In this document: in pieces, positions 1 through 8,926 of the stretch
How the letters are laid out: each line of letters begins with the position of its first letter
How positions within the stretch are numbered: position 1 is the stretch's first letter
Assembly: GCA_016204045.1 (NCBI GenBank)
Contig: JACQLQ010000001.1
Span: 257,792-321,791, forward strand
Direction: 5' to 3'
Source: Parcubacteria group bacterium
Lineage (GTDB): Bacteria; Patescibacteriota; Minisyncoccia; Phycocordibacterales; UBA2135
DNA length: 64,000 bases
Translations under genes and position numbers: made by a program
Notes under the pieces: model-generated
Told to the model about the DNA's origin: nothing
What the model saw: only the letters and a program-made list of their open reading frames with translations
Database searches by the model: none

Positions 1-2
1 CG

Positions 3-1223
3 TTGGTAGAAATCGGGGGCACGGTGGGCGACTACCAGAACACCCTTTTTATCGAGGCGGCGCGTGTCATGCACTTGAACCACCCCGGTGATGTCATTTT
101 CATCATGCTCTCGTACCTCCCTATACCAAAAGTCACGGGGGAGATGAAGACGCGTCCGACGCAAAACGCGGTGCGTCAGCTCAACTCCTACGGCGTCCAG
201 CCGGACATCATCATTGCGCGTAGTGAGGTGCCGCTCGACAAACGAAGGAAGGAGAAGATTGCTGTGACGTGCAACATCTTGTGGGAGAACGTTATCTCTG
301 CGCCGGATATCGAGAGCATTTACGACGTTCCGATCAACTTCGAAAAGGACAAGATAAGCGAAAAGCTCTTAAACGCACTCTCGCTCAAGGCAAAGCGGGG
401 GAGCGACCTTAAGCGGTGGCGCGCTTTTGTTGCAAAGACAAAGACGGCGCAAACGCCGGTCAACATCGCAGTTGTCGGCAAGTACTTCGACACGGGCGAC
501 TTCACGCTCTCGGATTCGTACATCTCTGTCATCGAGGCGCTCAAGATTTCCGCCTATCACGCCGGGAGAAAGCCCCGTATCACATGGCTCAATGCCATAG
601 ACTACGAGAAGGACCCGCGCAAACTCCGCGAGCTCAAAAAGTATGATGGGGTTTTGATCCCTGGTGGCTTTGGCGACCGTGGAGTAGAGGGCAAGATGCG
701 CGCCATCAAATTCGTCCGTGAAAACAAAATCCCGTATTTTGGCCTCTGTTACGGCATGCAACTCGCTATCATTGAATACGCACGCAATGTCGCCGGGTTA
801 AAGGGGGCACACACTACGGAAGTAAATCTCGACACCTCTCACCCGGTTATCGACATTATGCCGGAGCAAAAGAAACTTTTGGAACGACAGGAGTATGGTG
901 GGACCATGCGGCTCGGCGAGTACCCAGCGCTTTTGAAGAAGCAAACAATTGCACGGAGGGCGTACGGGGCGGAGGTCGCGCGAGAGCGACACCGTCATCG
1001 GTACGAAGTGAATCCGGGATACATTGAACGCTTGGAGGAGACAGGTCTTGTTTTTTCCGGCACTTCGCCTGATGGGAAACTGATGGAGATAGTGGAGCTT
1101 CCAGAAAAGGTGCACCCCTTCTTCCTCGGTACGCAGTTCCACCCAGAATTTCACGCTCGACCCCTAAGCCCGCATCCGCTTTTTAACGCGTTCATTAAAG
1201 CGGCCTTGCGCGCGCGACATTAG
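3..1223 (+). CDS. pyrG: CTP synthase, C-terminal part including the glutamine amidotransferase domain. The 5' end lies upstream of the window.
   Basis: GATase motif GLCYGMQLAIIEYARNVAG, plus HRHRYEVN and the typical PyrG C-terminus. The ORF runs off the window start. Confidence 0.9.
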   Translation: MVEIGGTVGDYQNTLFIEAARVMHLNHPGDVIFIMLSYLPIPKVTGEMKTRPTQNAVRQLNSYGVQPDIIIARSEVPLDKRRKEKIAVTCNILWENVISAPDIESIYDVPINFEKDKISEKLLNALSLKAKRGSDLKRWRAFVAKTKTAQTPVNIAVVGKYFDTGDFTLSDSYISVIEALKISAYHAGRKPRITWLNAIDYEKDPRKLRELKKYDGVLIPGGFGDRGVEGKMRAIKFVRENKIPYFGLCYGMQLAIIEYARNVAGLKGAHTTEVNLDTSHPVIDIMPEQKKLLERQEYGGTMRLGEYPALLKKQTIARRAYGAEVARERHRHRYEVNPGYIERLEETGLVFSGTSPDGKLMEIVELPEKVHPFFLGTQFHPEFHARPLSPHPLFNAFIKAALRARH

Positions 1224-1306
1224 CGTGTTTGTTGAGTTGCGTTTTGATAGTGAATACGGTAGTGTGGAGAGTATTGTTTTAAAAATTTAGTCTTGTTTTT
1301 AAGAGT

Positions 1307-1573
1307 ATGCATCAAGGGAATTGGACATGTAGTTCGTGCGGAGGATCGATAACAGAGCTTCCATTTGAACCACGAAGCACTACTAACTTATTGTGCCGAG
1401 CGTGCCACGCCTCGAAAGGGGGAACGCGTCGCGGGAATGGGAATGGAAATGGTGAGCGCAAGATGTTTGAGGGCAACTGGCAGTGCGCAGATTGTGGTAA
1501 TGCAATCACGAAGCTTCCATTTGAGCCACGTGAGACAGGCAATCTCCGCTGTCTCGTTTGCTTTAAGAAATAG
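1307..1573 (+). CDS. Small protein with two tandem C4 zinc-finger repeats (CxxC-x18-CxxC, each containing LPFEPR). Resembles TraR/DksA-type zinc fingers.
   Basis: Internal duplication GNWxCxxCGxxITxLPFEPRxTxNLxCxxC seen twice. Followed by a strong terminator. Confidence 0.55.
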   Translation: MHQGNWTCSSCGGSITELPFEPRSTTNLLCRACHASKGGTRRGNGNGNGERKMFEGNWQCADCGNAITKLPFEPRETGNLRCLVCFKK

Positions 1574-1586
1574 TTTTTAGCTTGAA

Positions 1587-1627
1587 AACAGGGCACACCG
1601 CCGTACGGCGGTGTGCCCTGTTTTCGT
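1587..1627 (+). terminator. Rho-independent terminator
   Basis: 15-bp perfect GC-rich stem (cagggcacaccgccg/cggcggtgtgccctg) followed by TTTTCG. Confidence 0.6.
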
Positions 1628-1767
1628 TCTGTAATAAGCTTTTTTAGCGACCCATCGGCACCGTTGGAGAGGGGGCTTGACAGGTCATTACTAGTATGCT
1701 AAGTTAGGCACGGAACGCGCTCCTGCGTTCGAACCCCGAAACCACAACCACGAGAGGAACTACTCCG

Positions 1768-2265
1768 ATGCGCATGCTCATCTCTGGCTTCGCCGCCATG
1801 GTCAACAGCGCGATGCAGCAGGGTCTGTCCGAGTTCAAGCGCTACACCGACAAGGACACCCTTCGTGCGGCAGTCGCGTCCGCCACTCTGACCGGCTGGG
1901 CCGACGGCAGCTTCGACCCCAACGAGAAGCGCAAGGCGATGACGGTGCTGACGAAGCACCCGGCCATGGCGCACTTCAAGATGGCCGATATCACGACCAC
2001 CTGGGGCGAGCTCGACGGCGTCTACATGATCGATCCCACCATGGGCGACGACCAGGCCCTCCAGTGGATCAACGCCGCCCGCGCCAAGCCCGAACCGGTC
2101 CGTCGCGTCATCGGTATGATCGGCTGCGCTGTGGCCGGTGCCGACGACAACTTCGACGCCAACGAGGTCAACAAGGTGAAGGCGACGTGCATTGCCCTTG
2201 GCCTCGCACCCTCGACCGTTGCGCCGCTCGTCACCGCCGCCGGCAAGCACGGCATCGCACTCTAA
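1768..2265 (+). CDS. terB: TerB-like tellurite-resistance/stress protein
   Basis: Paired acidic motifs GWADGSFDPNEKRKA and AGADDNFDANEVNKV are typical of the TerB fold. Local GC about 65%. TTGACA-type promoter at 1676. Confidence 0.7.
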   Translation: MRMLISGFAAMVNSAMQQGLSEFKRYTDKDTLRAAVASATLTGWADGSFDPNEKRKAMTVLTKHPAMAHFKMADITTTWGELDGVYMIDPTMGDDQALQWINAARAKPEPVRRVIGMIGCAVAGADDNFDANEVNKVKATCIALGLAPSTVAPLVTAAGKHGIAL

Positions 2266-2483
2266 GCTCTTTCATCTCAACATTTTTTATCTTCAGGCAC
2301 CCGCAAGGTGCCTTTTTCGTTGTTTCTTAAAGGTCTTTGAGATCACCCCACCATCCCAACCCAATAGTGGGCTTGACATATTTGGTGGGTATGCTAACAT
2401 GTTCCTTGGATCCAATGCTGGATTCACCTGGGAAGTCCACCGGAAACCCAGGTACAACCCTGCAGGAAAAAGGACACAACCCA

Positions 2484-2909
2484 ATGAAGACGTACACCGG
2501 ACTCACTGCCATTGCCGTTGCTGCCGCCGTCCTCGCCGATGGTGTCGTCGACACCGCCGAAGTCGCCGCGCTCCGCAAGTACATCTTCGCCGACGGCAAG
2601 GTCGACGCGGATGAATTCCACCTCGTGACCGTCATCAACAACGCCGTCGCCAAGAGCGAGAACGCCGGCCACGACATGCCCGGCTGGACCGCGCTCTACA
2701 CCGACGTCGTCGCCGCCTACGTGCTCGAGGACGAGTCGTCCCCGGGCGAGGTGAGCGAAGCCGAGGCCACGGAGCTCGTGCGCGCCTGGTCGGGTGACAG
2801 CACGTTCGATGCTCGCGAGAGCTCGGCTGCCCGGACCATCGCCACGCGTGCGACCAAGATGCCGGAGGGCTTCCGCGCCTTCCTCACCGGCCGCGGCATC
2901 AGCGCCTAA
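2484..2909 (+). CDS. Second TerB-like domain protein
   Basis: ADGVVDTAEVAALRKYIFADGKVDADE repeats. Start taken at the internal Met with an AAAGGA upstream. High GC. Confidence 0.6.
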   Translation: MKTYTGLTAIAVAAAVLADGVVDTAEVAALRKYIFADGKVDADEFHLVTVINNAVAKSENAGHDMPGWTALYTDVVAAYVLEDESSPGEVSEAEATELVRAWSGDSTFDARESSAARTIATRATKMPEGFRAFLTGRGISA

Positions 2910-3017
2910 CGTCGGCGAGTCCAATACGAGTAGTACCTTCGCCGCAGAGTAGTAAACGCATTCGCGCCCAGCTGGACCACCGGCTGGGCGTTTTAATTTT
3001 ACGAAACGAAGGAATAG

Positions 3018-3046
3018 TTGACATGCATGGTTCTGTATGGTAGTCT
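3018..3046 (+). promoter_or_regulatory. Sigma70-like promoter (TTGACA-17-TAGTCT) with an 8-bp inverted repeat (cctggtac/gtaccagg) just downstream.
   Basis: Hexamers read directly from the sequence. Confidence 0.3.
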
Positions 3047-3097
3047 CTCCTGGTACCAGTACCAACCGAGTACCAGGAGCAGAGGAGCAAACGCGCA

Positions 3098-3493
3098 ATG
3101 ACGTGGAAGGGAAAGTTCATCGGACTTGTGCTTGCGTTGACGGTTGTCGTCGGCGGCCCCTACATGATGTGGGCTTGGCCGACCGTTGATGAGGCGAAGA
3201 TCGTCGACGCCTCGAACAAGATCATCACTGGCACGACGAATGACCAGTTCCGCATCGAAACCGTGCGCGCAGACACCGGCAAGGTGTACGTGTATCGGAA
3301 CGATGATGCGCCGTACGTGTTCCCGTTCTTCTTCTACTTGAAGTGGGACAGCCAGGACCTGAACACTCGTGCCAAGTCGTATGCCGGCAAGGACGTCATT
3401 GTCTGCGTCCGGTCGTATGGTTGGCGTGTCCCGTTCATGAGCTGGTTCCCCAACGCGACAAGCTTGTGGGCCAAAGAGGGCGATAGCTGCTAA
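3098..3493 (+). CDS. Membrane-anchored hypothetical protein within the Ter cluster
   Basis: N-terminal TM helix, good RBS (GAGGAG). No recognisable family. Confidence 0.5.
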   Translation: MTWKGKFIGLVLALTVVVGGPYMMWAWPTVDEAKIVDASNKIITGTTNDQFRIETVRADTGKVYVYRNDDAPYVFPFFFYLKWDSQDLNTRAKSYAGKDVIVCVRSYGWRVPFMSWFPNATSLWAKEGDSC

Positions 3494-3504
3494 CGCAGTT
3501 CTAC

Positions 3505-3536
3505 GCCGACGCCGTCCTTTATGGGCGGCTTTTTAG
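3505..3536 (+). terminator. Rho-independent terminator
   Basis: gccgtcc...ggcggc stem followed by TTTTT. Confidence 0.4.
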
Positions 3537-3683
3537 TTGTTTTTTTGTCTATTTAAAATTATCCTTAGAACGATTAGGGTGTTTCCAAACTATTTGGACC
3601 ATGAAAGGGGTTGACTTCTATCCCCAATTATGGTATACAATCTCTGGACATGTGCGTCCAGAGGACAACGAAAAGGAGTCCTT

Positions 3684-4739
3684 ATGAACACAATTAATTT
3701 ATTGCTTGGGATGGAGGTGTGGGGCTACAGCCTCCTTAGCGTCCTGCTCTTCTGCACCGCCATTGTGGGCATGCTGGTCATCGACTTGTACGCCCACCGT
3801 GGCGACAAGGCAGTGACGTTCAAGAATGCAGCCTTGTGGAGCGTGGTGTGGGTTTCAATCTCGCTCCTCTTCGCATGGCACATCTTGCTTACACGCGGAG
3901 GTGAGGACGCCTCGCTCTTCATGGCGGGGTACCTGCTCGAGCAGTCACTCGCCGTCGACAACCTCTTCGTCTTCATGGCGGTCTTCGCAAGCTTCGGCAT
4001 CATTGGCGGTCTGCAACACCGTATTCTCTACTACGGCATTCTCGGCGCCATTGTCTTGCGGCTCCTCTTCATCGGTGCGGGTACTTCGCTCCTGGTTGCG
4101 GGCGATTTCTTCGCCGCGGGCGAGTGGGTGCTCGTCGGCTTTGGCGCGATCGTCCTCTGGTCTGCATGGAAGATGCTCCAGGGGATGCGCGAGAAGGATG
4201 ACACCGACGAGATCGAGGACTACTCGAACCACTGGTCCATTCGCGGCGTCAAGCGCTTCATCCCGGTGTGGCCGCGGCTTGTGGGGCACAACTTCTTCAC
4301 GTGGCAGAACGGCATGCTCTATGCCACACCGCTTCTCCTGTGCTTGGTCTGCATCGAGTTCTCGGATGTGATGTTCGCATTCGACTCGGTCCCGGCGGTC
4401 ATCGCGGTGACACAGGACCCGTTCCTGATCTACACCTCGAACATCTTTGCCGTCTTGGGGCTTCGGTCCATGTACTTCCTCCTCGCGGCAGCGAAGCGAT
4501 TCCTCTGCCACCTCGAGAAGGCGGTCATCGCGATCTTGGCCTTCATCGGTTTCAAGATGTTGATTCCGCTCTTCGACTTGGTCTCCGTACCCATTACCGG
4601 ACAGCCGTTCCTCGACCTCTTCGGGATCGAGCACATCTCTGCGATGGCAAGCCTCGCCGTCGTCGGGACACTGCTCGCGACTGGCATTCTCGCTTCAGTC
4701 GTCTTCCCCGAACGCGAAGGTGACGAGGCAAAGGCCTAA
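3684..4739 (+). CDS. terC: TerC-family integral membrane protein
   Basis: Multi-TM protein with the TerC/Alx-type motif AVDNLFVFMAVF. Start at MNTIN behind an AAAGGAG RBS. Confidence 0.8.
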   Translation: MNTINLLLGMEVWGYSLLSVLLFCTAIVGMLVIDLYAHRGDKAVTFKNAALWSVVWVSISLLFAWHILLTRGGEDASLFMAGYLLEQSLAVDNLFVFMAVFASFGIIGGLQHRILYYGILGAIVLRLLFIGAGTSLLVAGDFFAAGEWVLVGFGAIVLWSAWKMLQGMREKDDTDEIEDYSNHWSIRGVKRFIPVWPRLVGHNFFTWQNGMLYATPLLLCLVCIEFSDVMFAFDSVPAVIAVTQDPFLIYTSNIFAVLGLRSMYFLLAAAKRFLCHLEKAVIAILAFIGFKMLIPLFDLVSVPITGQPFLDLFGIEHISAMASLAVVGTLLATGILASVVFPEREGDEAKA

Positions 4740-5124
4740 TTTCATAGTGATGCACCCGTCGCGCAAGCGGCGGGTTTTTTGTTTTTCACCCGCACAAATC
4801 GAGTCTTTTGACGAGATTTTGCGGCGTGTGAAAAACAAACCCCGTACCAATTTTGCCCCGGGAGCCATGCGATGCGCGTGCGCCGAATAGGCGCACCCCT
4901 CATTGGGCGAAGCGCATCGCCGCCTGGATATTTGGAAGACACATAGCATGACTCACACCTCATTTGTGCAGAGCAAAATTGGTATCGGGGTAGTTAATTT
5001 GCACCAAACATCCAAGCGACCGAATTATTGACATAGACGCGTAATAATGCTAGCGTGTTTTTGGCAACACAGGCCCGAAAAGGCTTGAGATGTTGTCTGA
5101 CAACCAACACACGAGGCACAACCA

Positions 5125-5730
5125 ATGGATCTCGCACGCAAGGGCGCGGAAGCGCCAGTCGACCCCTTCAAGTCGCTCGCTGTCACCATGAGATGGACGG
5201 CCGCAACCGACCTCGACCTCGCGGTGCTCGCCGAGCCCAAGGGCGGCGGCGCGCCGAAGATGTTCTACTTCGGCAACATCAACAAGGATGACGGCCAAGG
5301 CGTCGTCCAGGCGCTCGATGCGCCGCCCTATATCAAGCTGTCGGGCGACGCCGGCGTCGGCGACACCAAGGCCGCGGACGGCAAGGGCAACTGCGAAGAG
5401 CTCAAGATCACGAGTCTCGCTCCGTGGGGCAAGCTCCACATCATGACGTGGGACTACGGCGCCATCGGCAAGGGCGAGGGCGCTCGCTTCCAGTCGAGCG
5501 GCGTGACGCTCGAAGTCAAGGACGACAAGGGCACCGCCCACAAGGTGGCGCTCTCGCTCGTCGGCGATGGCCTCGCCGTCAAGGAGAACGTGTGCGTCAT
5601 CGCGACGATCGACAACACGGGCGCCTATCCGAGGCTCGTGAACTCGAGCGCGGCGGCCCTCTTCGGCGGCGCGAGCGGCAAGAAGCTGAACGTGAACGAT
5701 CTCACCGCTCTCGTTCGTTCGGCGGCCTAG
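5125..5730 (+). CDS. terD: TerD-domain protein
   Basis: About 200 aa with the TerD-type DLDLAVL motif and Gly/Asp-rich beta sandwich. GC about 65%. Confidence 0.75.
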   Translation: MDLARKGAEAPVDPFKSLAVTMRWTAATDLDLAVLAEPKGGGAPKMFYFGNINKDDGQGVVQALDAPPYIKLSGDAGVGDTKAADGKGNCEELKITSLAPWGKLHIMTWDYGAIGKGEGARFQSSGVTLEVKDDKGTAHKVALSLVGDGLAVKENVCVIATIDNTGAYPRLVNSSAAALFGGASGKKLNVNDLTALVRSAA

Positions 5731-5798
5731 ACTTCCACCCAGGCAAAGGCGGGAACGGCATCGTGCCGTTCCCGCCACGGCCCAACCAAGGAGGACCG

Positions 5799-6617
5799 AT
5801 GGATCTCGCGACGAAGGACAGGGAACTTCAGGCGAAGGACCCGGCAATGTTCGATCTGGTGAAGAAGCTCGATCCGCATTTGGAGCGGCATGGCCTCGTG
5901 GGCCACGTCGCCCGGGTGGCACTCGTGCTCGACGTCAGTCGTTCGATGGAACGCCTCTATCAGAGAGGATTAATCCAAGGACTTGTCGATCGTTTCCTCC
6001 CGCTCGGTCACCGCTTCGATGACAACGGGGCAATCGACGTCTTCACTTTTGGCATCAAGGCCCACGACATCGGCGAGGTTTCAACAAGTGACCACAATGG
6101 GTTTGTCGCGCGCCATATCAACGTAAACGATCTGGAGGGTGGCACACAATACGCGCAGGCCATCCGGGCAGTGCGTCGTCACTACTTCAACTACGACGAC
6201 TCTCGGCGTGCTCCGCATACCGACGGTGGTCCGCCGATCTATGTCGCATTTGTGACCGACGGTGAGACGTACGACGAATCGGAGACCGTTGATCAGGTTC
6301 GGTCTGCGTCGCATGAGCCGATCTTCTGGCAGTTCATTGCTCTTGGCGCAGACTATGTGCCGGGACAGATGACCACCGGAAAAGGTCTCTTTGGTGGGTC
6401 GAAGCAAGTCCCCGTGCAGCCTCCAGAGCAATTCCGCTTCCTGGCAGAGCTCGACACACGTGTGCGTGGTCGGTTCGTGGACAACGCAGGCCTCTTCGCA
6501 ATTCGGTCGCCAGCACCCGAAGACATCTCGGACGAAGAGCTCTTCGCGCGCCTAATGAGTGAGTATCCCCAATGGCTGGAGCGTCCGGAAGTCAAACTGC
6601 ACCTTTTGATGAAGTAA
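5799..6617 (+). CDS. von Willebrand factor A domain protein, TerY-like
   Basis: MIDAS motif VLDVSRSM. Start at MDLATK with an AAGGAGG RBS. The upstream part of the longer ORF is Arg-rich junk. Confidence 0.7.
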   Translation: MDLATKDRELQAKDPAMFDLVKKLDPHLERHGLVGHVARVALVLDVSRSMERLYQRGLIQGLVDRFLPLGHRFDDNGAIDVFTFGIKAHDIGEVSTSDHNGFVARHINVNDLEGGTQYAQAIRAVRRHYFNYDDSRRAPHTDGGPPIYVAFVTDGETYDESETVDQVRSASHEPIFWQFIALGADYVPGQMTTGKGLFGGSKQVPVQPPEQFRFLAELDTRVRGRFVDNAGLFAIRSPAPEDISDEELFARLMSEYPQWLERPEVKLHLLMK

Positions 6618-6621
6618 TAGG

Positions 6622-6665
6622 AAGCAGACGCCGCATTCCCCTCGGGAATCGGCGTTTTTTTATTT
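6622..6665 (+). terminator. Terminator at the end of the Ter cluster
   Basis: Imperfect GC stem plus a T7 run. Confidence 0.4.
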
Positions 6666-6754
6666 TCTCACCACGCTATGTGGAAGGACTGGACAAGTTT
6701 ATATAAGTATGCTAAAAGATATTTAGTAACCGCTTCAGGACGAGGAGAACGAAC

Positions 6755-6922
6755 ATGCTGTGGTTGATCATTGCGTTGGGTTGGCTCGTTGTCGGCCTTT
6801 GGACCGCCATCTTTTTCCACAAGAGAATTCCTTGGCATCTCAAGGTTTTGGCCGTTGCATTTTGGCCCATGGCACTCGTCTTGATTGGTCTCCTCTCCCC
6901 AGGGGAAAAGAAGGCCTCCTAA
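6755..6922 (+). CDS. 55-aa two-helix small membrane protein. Not in the ORF track because it is under 60 aa.
   Basis: GAGGAG RBS 7 nt upstream of ATG. Hydrophobic MLWLIIALGWLVVGLW... Terminator directly after. Confidence 0.4.
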   Translation: MLWLIIALGWLVVGLWTAIFFHKRIPWHLKVLAVAFWPMALVLIGLLSPGEKKAS

Positions 6923-6934
6923 TTTTTTACCACA

Positions 6935-6956
6935 CCCGTCCTTTCGACGGGTTTTT
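6935..6956 (+). terminator. Rho-independent terminator
   Basis: cccgtc/gacggg hairpin followed by TTTTT. Confidence 0.5.
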
Positions 6957-7029
6957 ACATGGCAGAAATTAGGGACACTAAAAAACTCCCACAGGGGGAG
7001 TGCTTACATGATATTGTTTTCTGCGCGTA

Positions 7030-7347
7030 TTACCGAGGAGGGTTGGGGCCGAGGACTTCTTCTGCTGGTCTCTCCCAACCTATGGTGTCGAGAGAAATTG
7101 CTCCTGGCGCGTGCCGTGCCAACTCACTTCCGGCAAAGGCAAGCCAGAGCAACGCGTCGGCGACGTCCTTGCCGTTACGAGCGGCGCGGCGAAGGTCGTA
7201 AAGGCTCTGTTCCCAGTCTCCGATTTCTTTTTCATACGTCTTTCCATCCAGCACGACAGTAACTTTGCCGACGACTTTGTAAGGTTTTCCATCAAGCGGT
7301 ATGACGACCTTTTCTACGAATGGTTCTGTGGTCGCTGGCTTATTCAT
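7030..7347 (-). CDS. Hypothetical protein. Start uncertain: ATG at 7347 or TTG at 7404.
   Basis: The minus frame reads protein-like (KVVIPLDGKPYKVVGKVTVVLDGKTYEKEIGDWEQ), whereas the overlapping plus frame is low-complexity. Confidence 0.45.
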   Translation of the reverse strand: MNKPATTEPFVEKVVIPLDGKPYKVVGKVTVVLDGKTYEKEIGDWEQSLYDLRRAARNGKDVADALLWLAFAGSELARHAPGAISLDTIGWERPAEEVLGPNPPR

Positions 7348-7465
7348 TGTGATTTCACTCACGGAATCTTCCGTACTTATATCACGGCGATTGTCGTGGA
7401 GCAACGCCGCTTGAATAGGGAGTCTTTTTGCGATATTCTCAAAAGGCGCGTAAGCACTTTTTCTT

Positions 7466-7536
7466 TGCGGGATCGTCTAATGGTAGGACATCGCCCTCTG
7501 GAGGCGAGTATCTTGGTTCGAGTCCAAGTCCCGCAG
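7466..7536 (+). tRNA. tRNA-Gln(CUG)
   Basis: Cloverleaf with U1:A72 and G73, Glu/Gln-type 3-bp D-stem, anticodon loop CUCUGGA, T-loop TTCGAGT. Confidence 0.8.
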
Positions 7537-7572
7537 TTCGAAGAGAGCAAGAACTGGTCAGCTTCAAAAATT

Positions 7573-8349
7573 ATGTCACTAGAGAAACCACAACAAGAAC
7601 CTAAAAACCCGCTTACGTCAGAACACTTGAAAGAAGGCGTGCGCCCAATCATTGCTGCAGTTGGTACCAGAGAACAATTTGAAAATCACCCCGGTGCCGG
7701 AAGGGACCTTTTCAATGCTACCTTGAGGGCCTTGGGGAACACCCCAACAAGAAATGTAAATTATTACGGAAACCCAGCAGAGTTAACAAGCGAAAGCTTT
7801 AAAAATGCTGGGATGCATTCCTATGTGATATCCACCATAGACAATGCCAACAAGTTTTCTGAAGGATACGCGGATTGTACTGGCCTGGTTGTTGCCGGAC
7901 AGGACAAAGAAACGGGCGAGAATGTATCATTTTTGAGTCACCAAGATCCTTCTTATTTTTTGACACTTGTGGGACTTGAAGCTAATTTTAAAAGAGATTT
8001 AAAAGAACGCCTCGAGGAGTTTAAAAGGAGGTGTAAAGAAGGAACTATTGATGCGGTGATTGTCGGTGGGAATTATTTTATAGATAAGTTTCCCGAGCAC
8101 GATCATGAGTACCGAGCGAAGTACTTGCAATCAATCAATCTCCTGAAGGGTGAGGTGTCTCAAGTTTTTGGGTTTGAACCCGTAGTGATGACGGGCCCCA
8201 AAATAGTGTCAGGCAAAGACAATATTTTTTACGACAATGAGCGCCGGAGATTATATGTCGTGAGGCCCGAGGTCGGTGATGCCTCTACTGAAAGTTTTGC
8301 GCCAGGAACGGTAAAAGAACAGGAGAAGAAATGGGGACAGCAAATGTAG
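7573..8349 (+). CDS. Hypothetical protein of about 258 aa in a low-GC segment. Possible Cys/His hydrolase.
   Basis: The track ORF 7111-8349 spans the tRNA, so the start was moved to MSLEK at 7573. Candidate catalytic residues DCTGLVVAG...SHQDP. GC about 42%. Confidence 0.5.
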   Translation: MSLEKPQQEPKNPLTSEHLKEGVRPIIAAVGTREQFENHPGAGRDLFNATLRALGNTPTRNVNYYGNPAELTSESFKNAGMHSYVISTIDNANKFSEGYADCTGLVVAGQDKETGENVSFLSHQDPSYFLTLVGLEANFKRDLKERLEEFKRRCKEGTIDAVIVGGNYFIDKFPEHDHEYRAKYLQSINLLKGEVSQVFGFEPVVMTGPKIVSGKDNIFYDNERRRLYVVRPEVGDASTESFAPGTVKEQEKKWGQQM

Positions 8350-8370
8350 ATATCCTCTTCTCTTGCGGCA

Positions 8371-8838
8371 GTGCGTTGCTATACTATAGGTATGTCACTT
8401 ATAGACCTCGATGCGTTTAGTCTCGATGCGCACAAGAAGAAAAGCCTACTCCACTATTACGGAGACAACGTGCGCACGGTGTTTTTAATCGGAAGCGCTA
8501 CCGTGCTGTTGTCTCTCCCGATTTTTGCGCGCGTCATTGCGGACTCAATCATTTACCCCGTAACAGCAATCGCAGTGTTTGTTATCGCCGCGGGCCTTGC
8601 GAATCCAGCCCAACGATGGACGATGGTCCTGAATACAATAGTTGCGGCTGGAGCCGTCGCATTCTTTGAATACCAAGCACTTTTGGTCTCAGGCCTCCCA
8701 GCCACCACAGACTGGCAACAGAGCTTCTTGTTTTTCGAAAACCACGCGCTCGCGCTGTTGTTTCTTGTCGCGCTCTACTACAGCATCAAGACGACGCGCG
8801 GACGATTGCTCAAGAAGAATGTTACTGACCAAGAATGA
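8371..8838 (+). CDS. Hypothetical multi-pass membrane protein
   Basis: 4-5 hydrophobic helices. No family recognised. Confidence 0.5.
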   Translation: MRCYTIGMSLIDLDAFSLDAHKKKSLLHYYGDNVRTVFLIGSATVLLSLPIFARVIADSIIYPVTAIAVFVIAAGLANPAQRWTMVLNTIVAAGAVAFFEYQALLVSGLPATTDWQQSFLFFENHALALLFLVALYYSIKTTRGRLLKKNVTDQE

Positions 8839-8926
8839 GCGGCAAGAAACCGAATCAGCACAGTAGCAGAAAAGACACCTTAGCCCGAAGGGTGTTTTTT
8901 GTTTGCCGTAGTATATACTTACTGTT

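Noticed and set aside
1699-5922. Long minus-strand ORFs (1699-2250, 2424-3098, 3945-4634, 5050-5922) and the Arg-rich plus ORFs inside the Ter island
   Set aside because: They are antisense to well-supported TerB/TerC/TerD genes and their translations are Arg/Gly/His-rich. They are typical high-GC stop-codon-depleted artefacts.
6618-6640. GGAAGCAG resembling the SRP RNA core motif
   Set aside because: No flanking SRP helix-8 context (no CCAAGGCAG and no symmetric loop). It is part of the Ter-cluster terminator.
7111-8349. 412-aa plus-strand ORF from the track
   Set aside because: Its first 350 nt overlap tRNA-Gln and a more protein-like minus-strand ORF, and the N-terminal translation is low-complexity. 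The gene was truncated to start at 7573.
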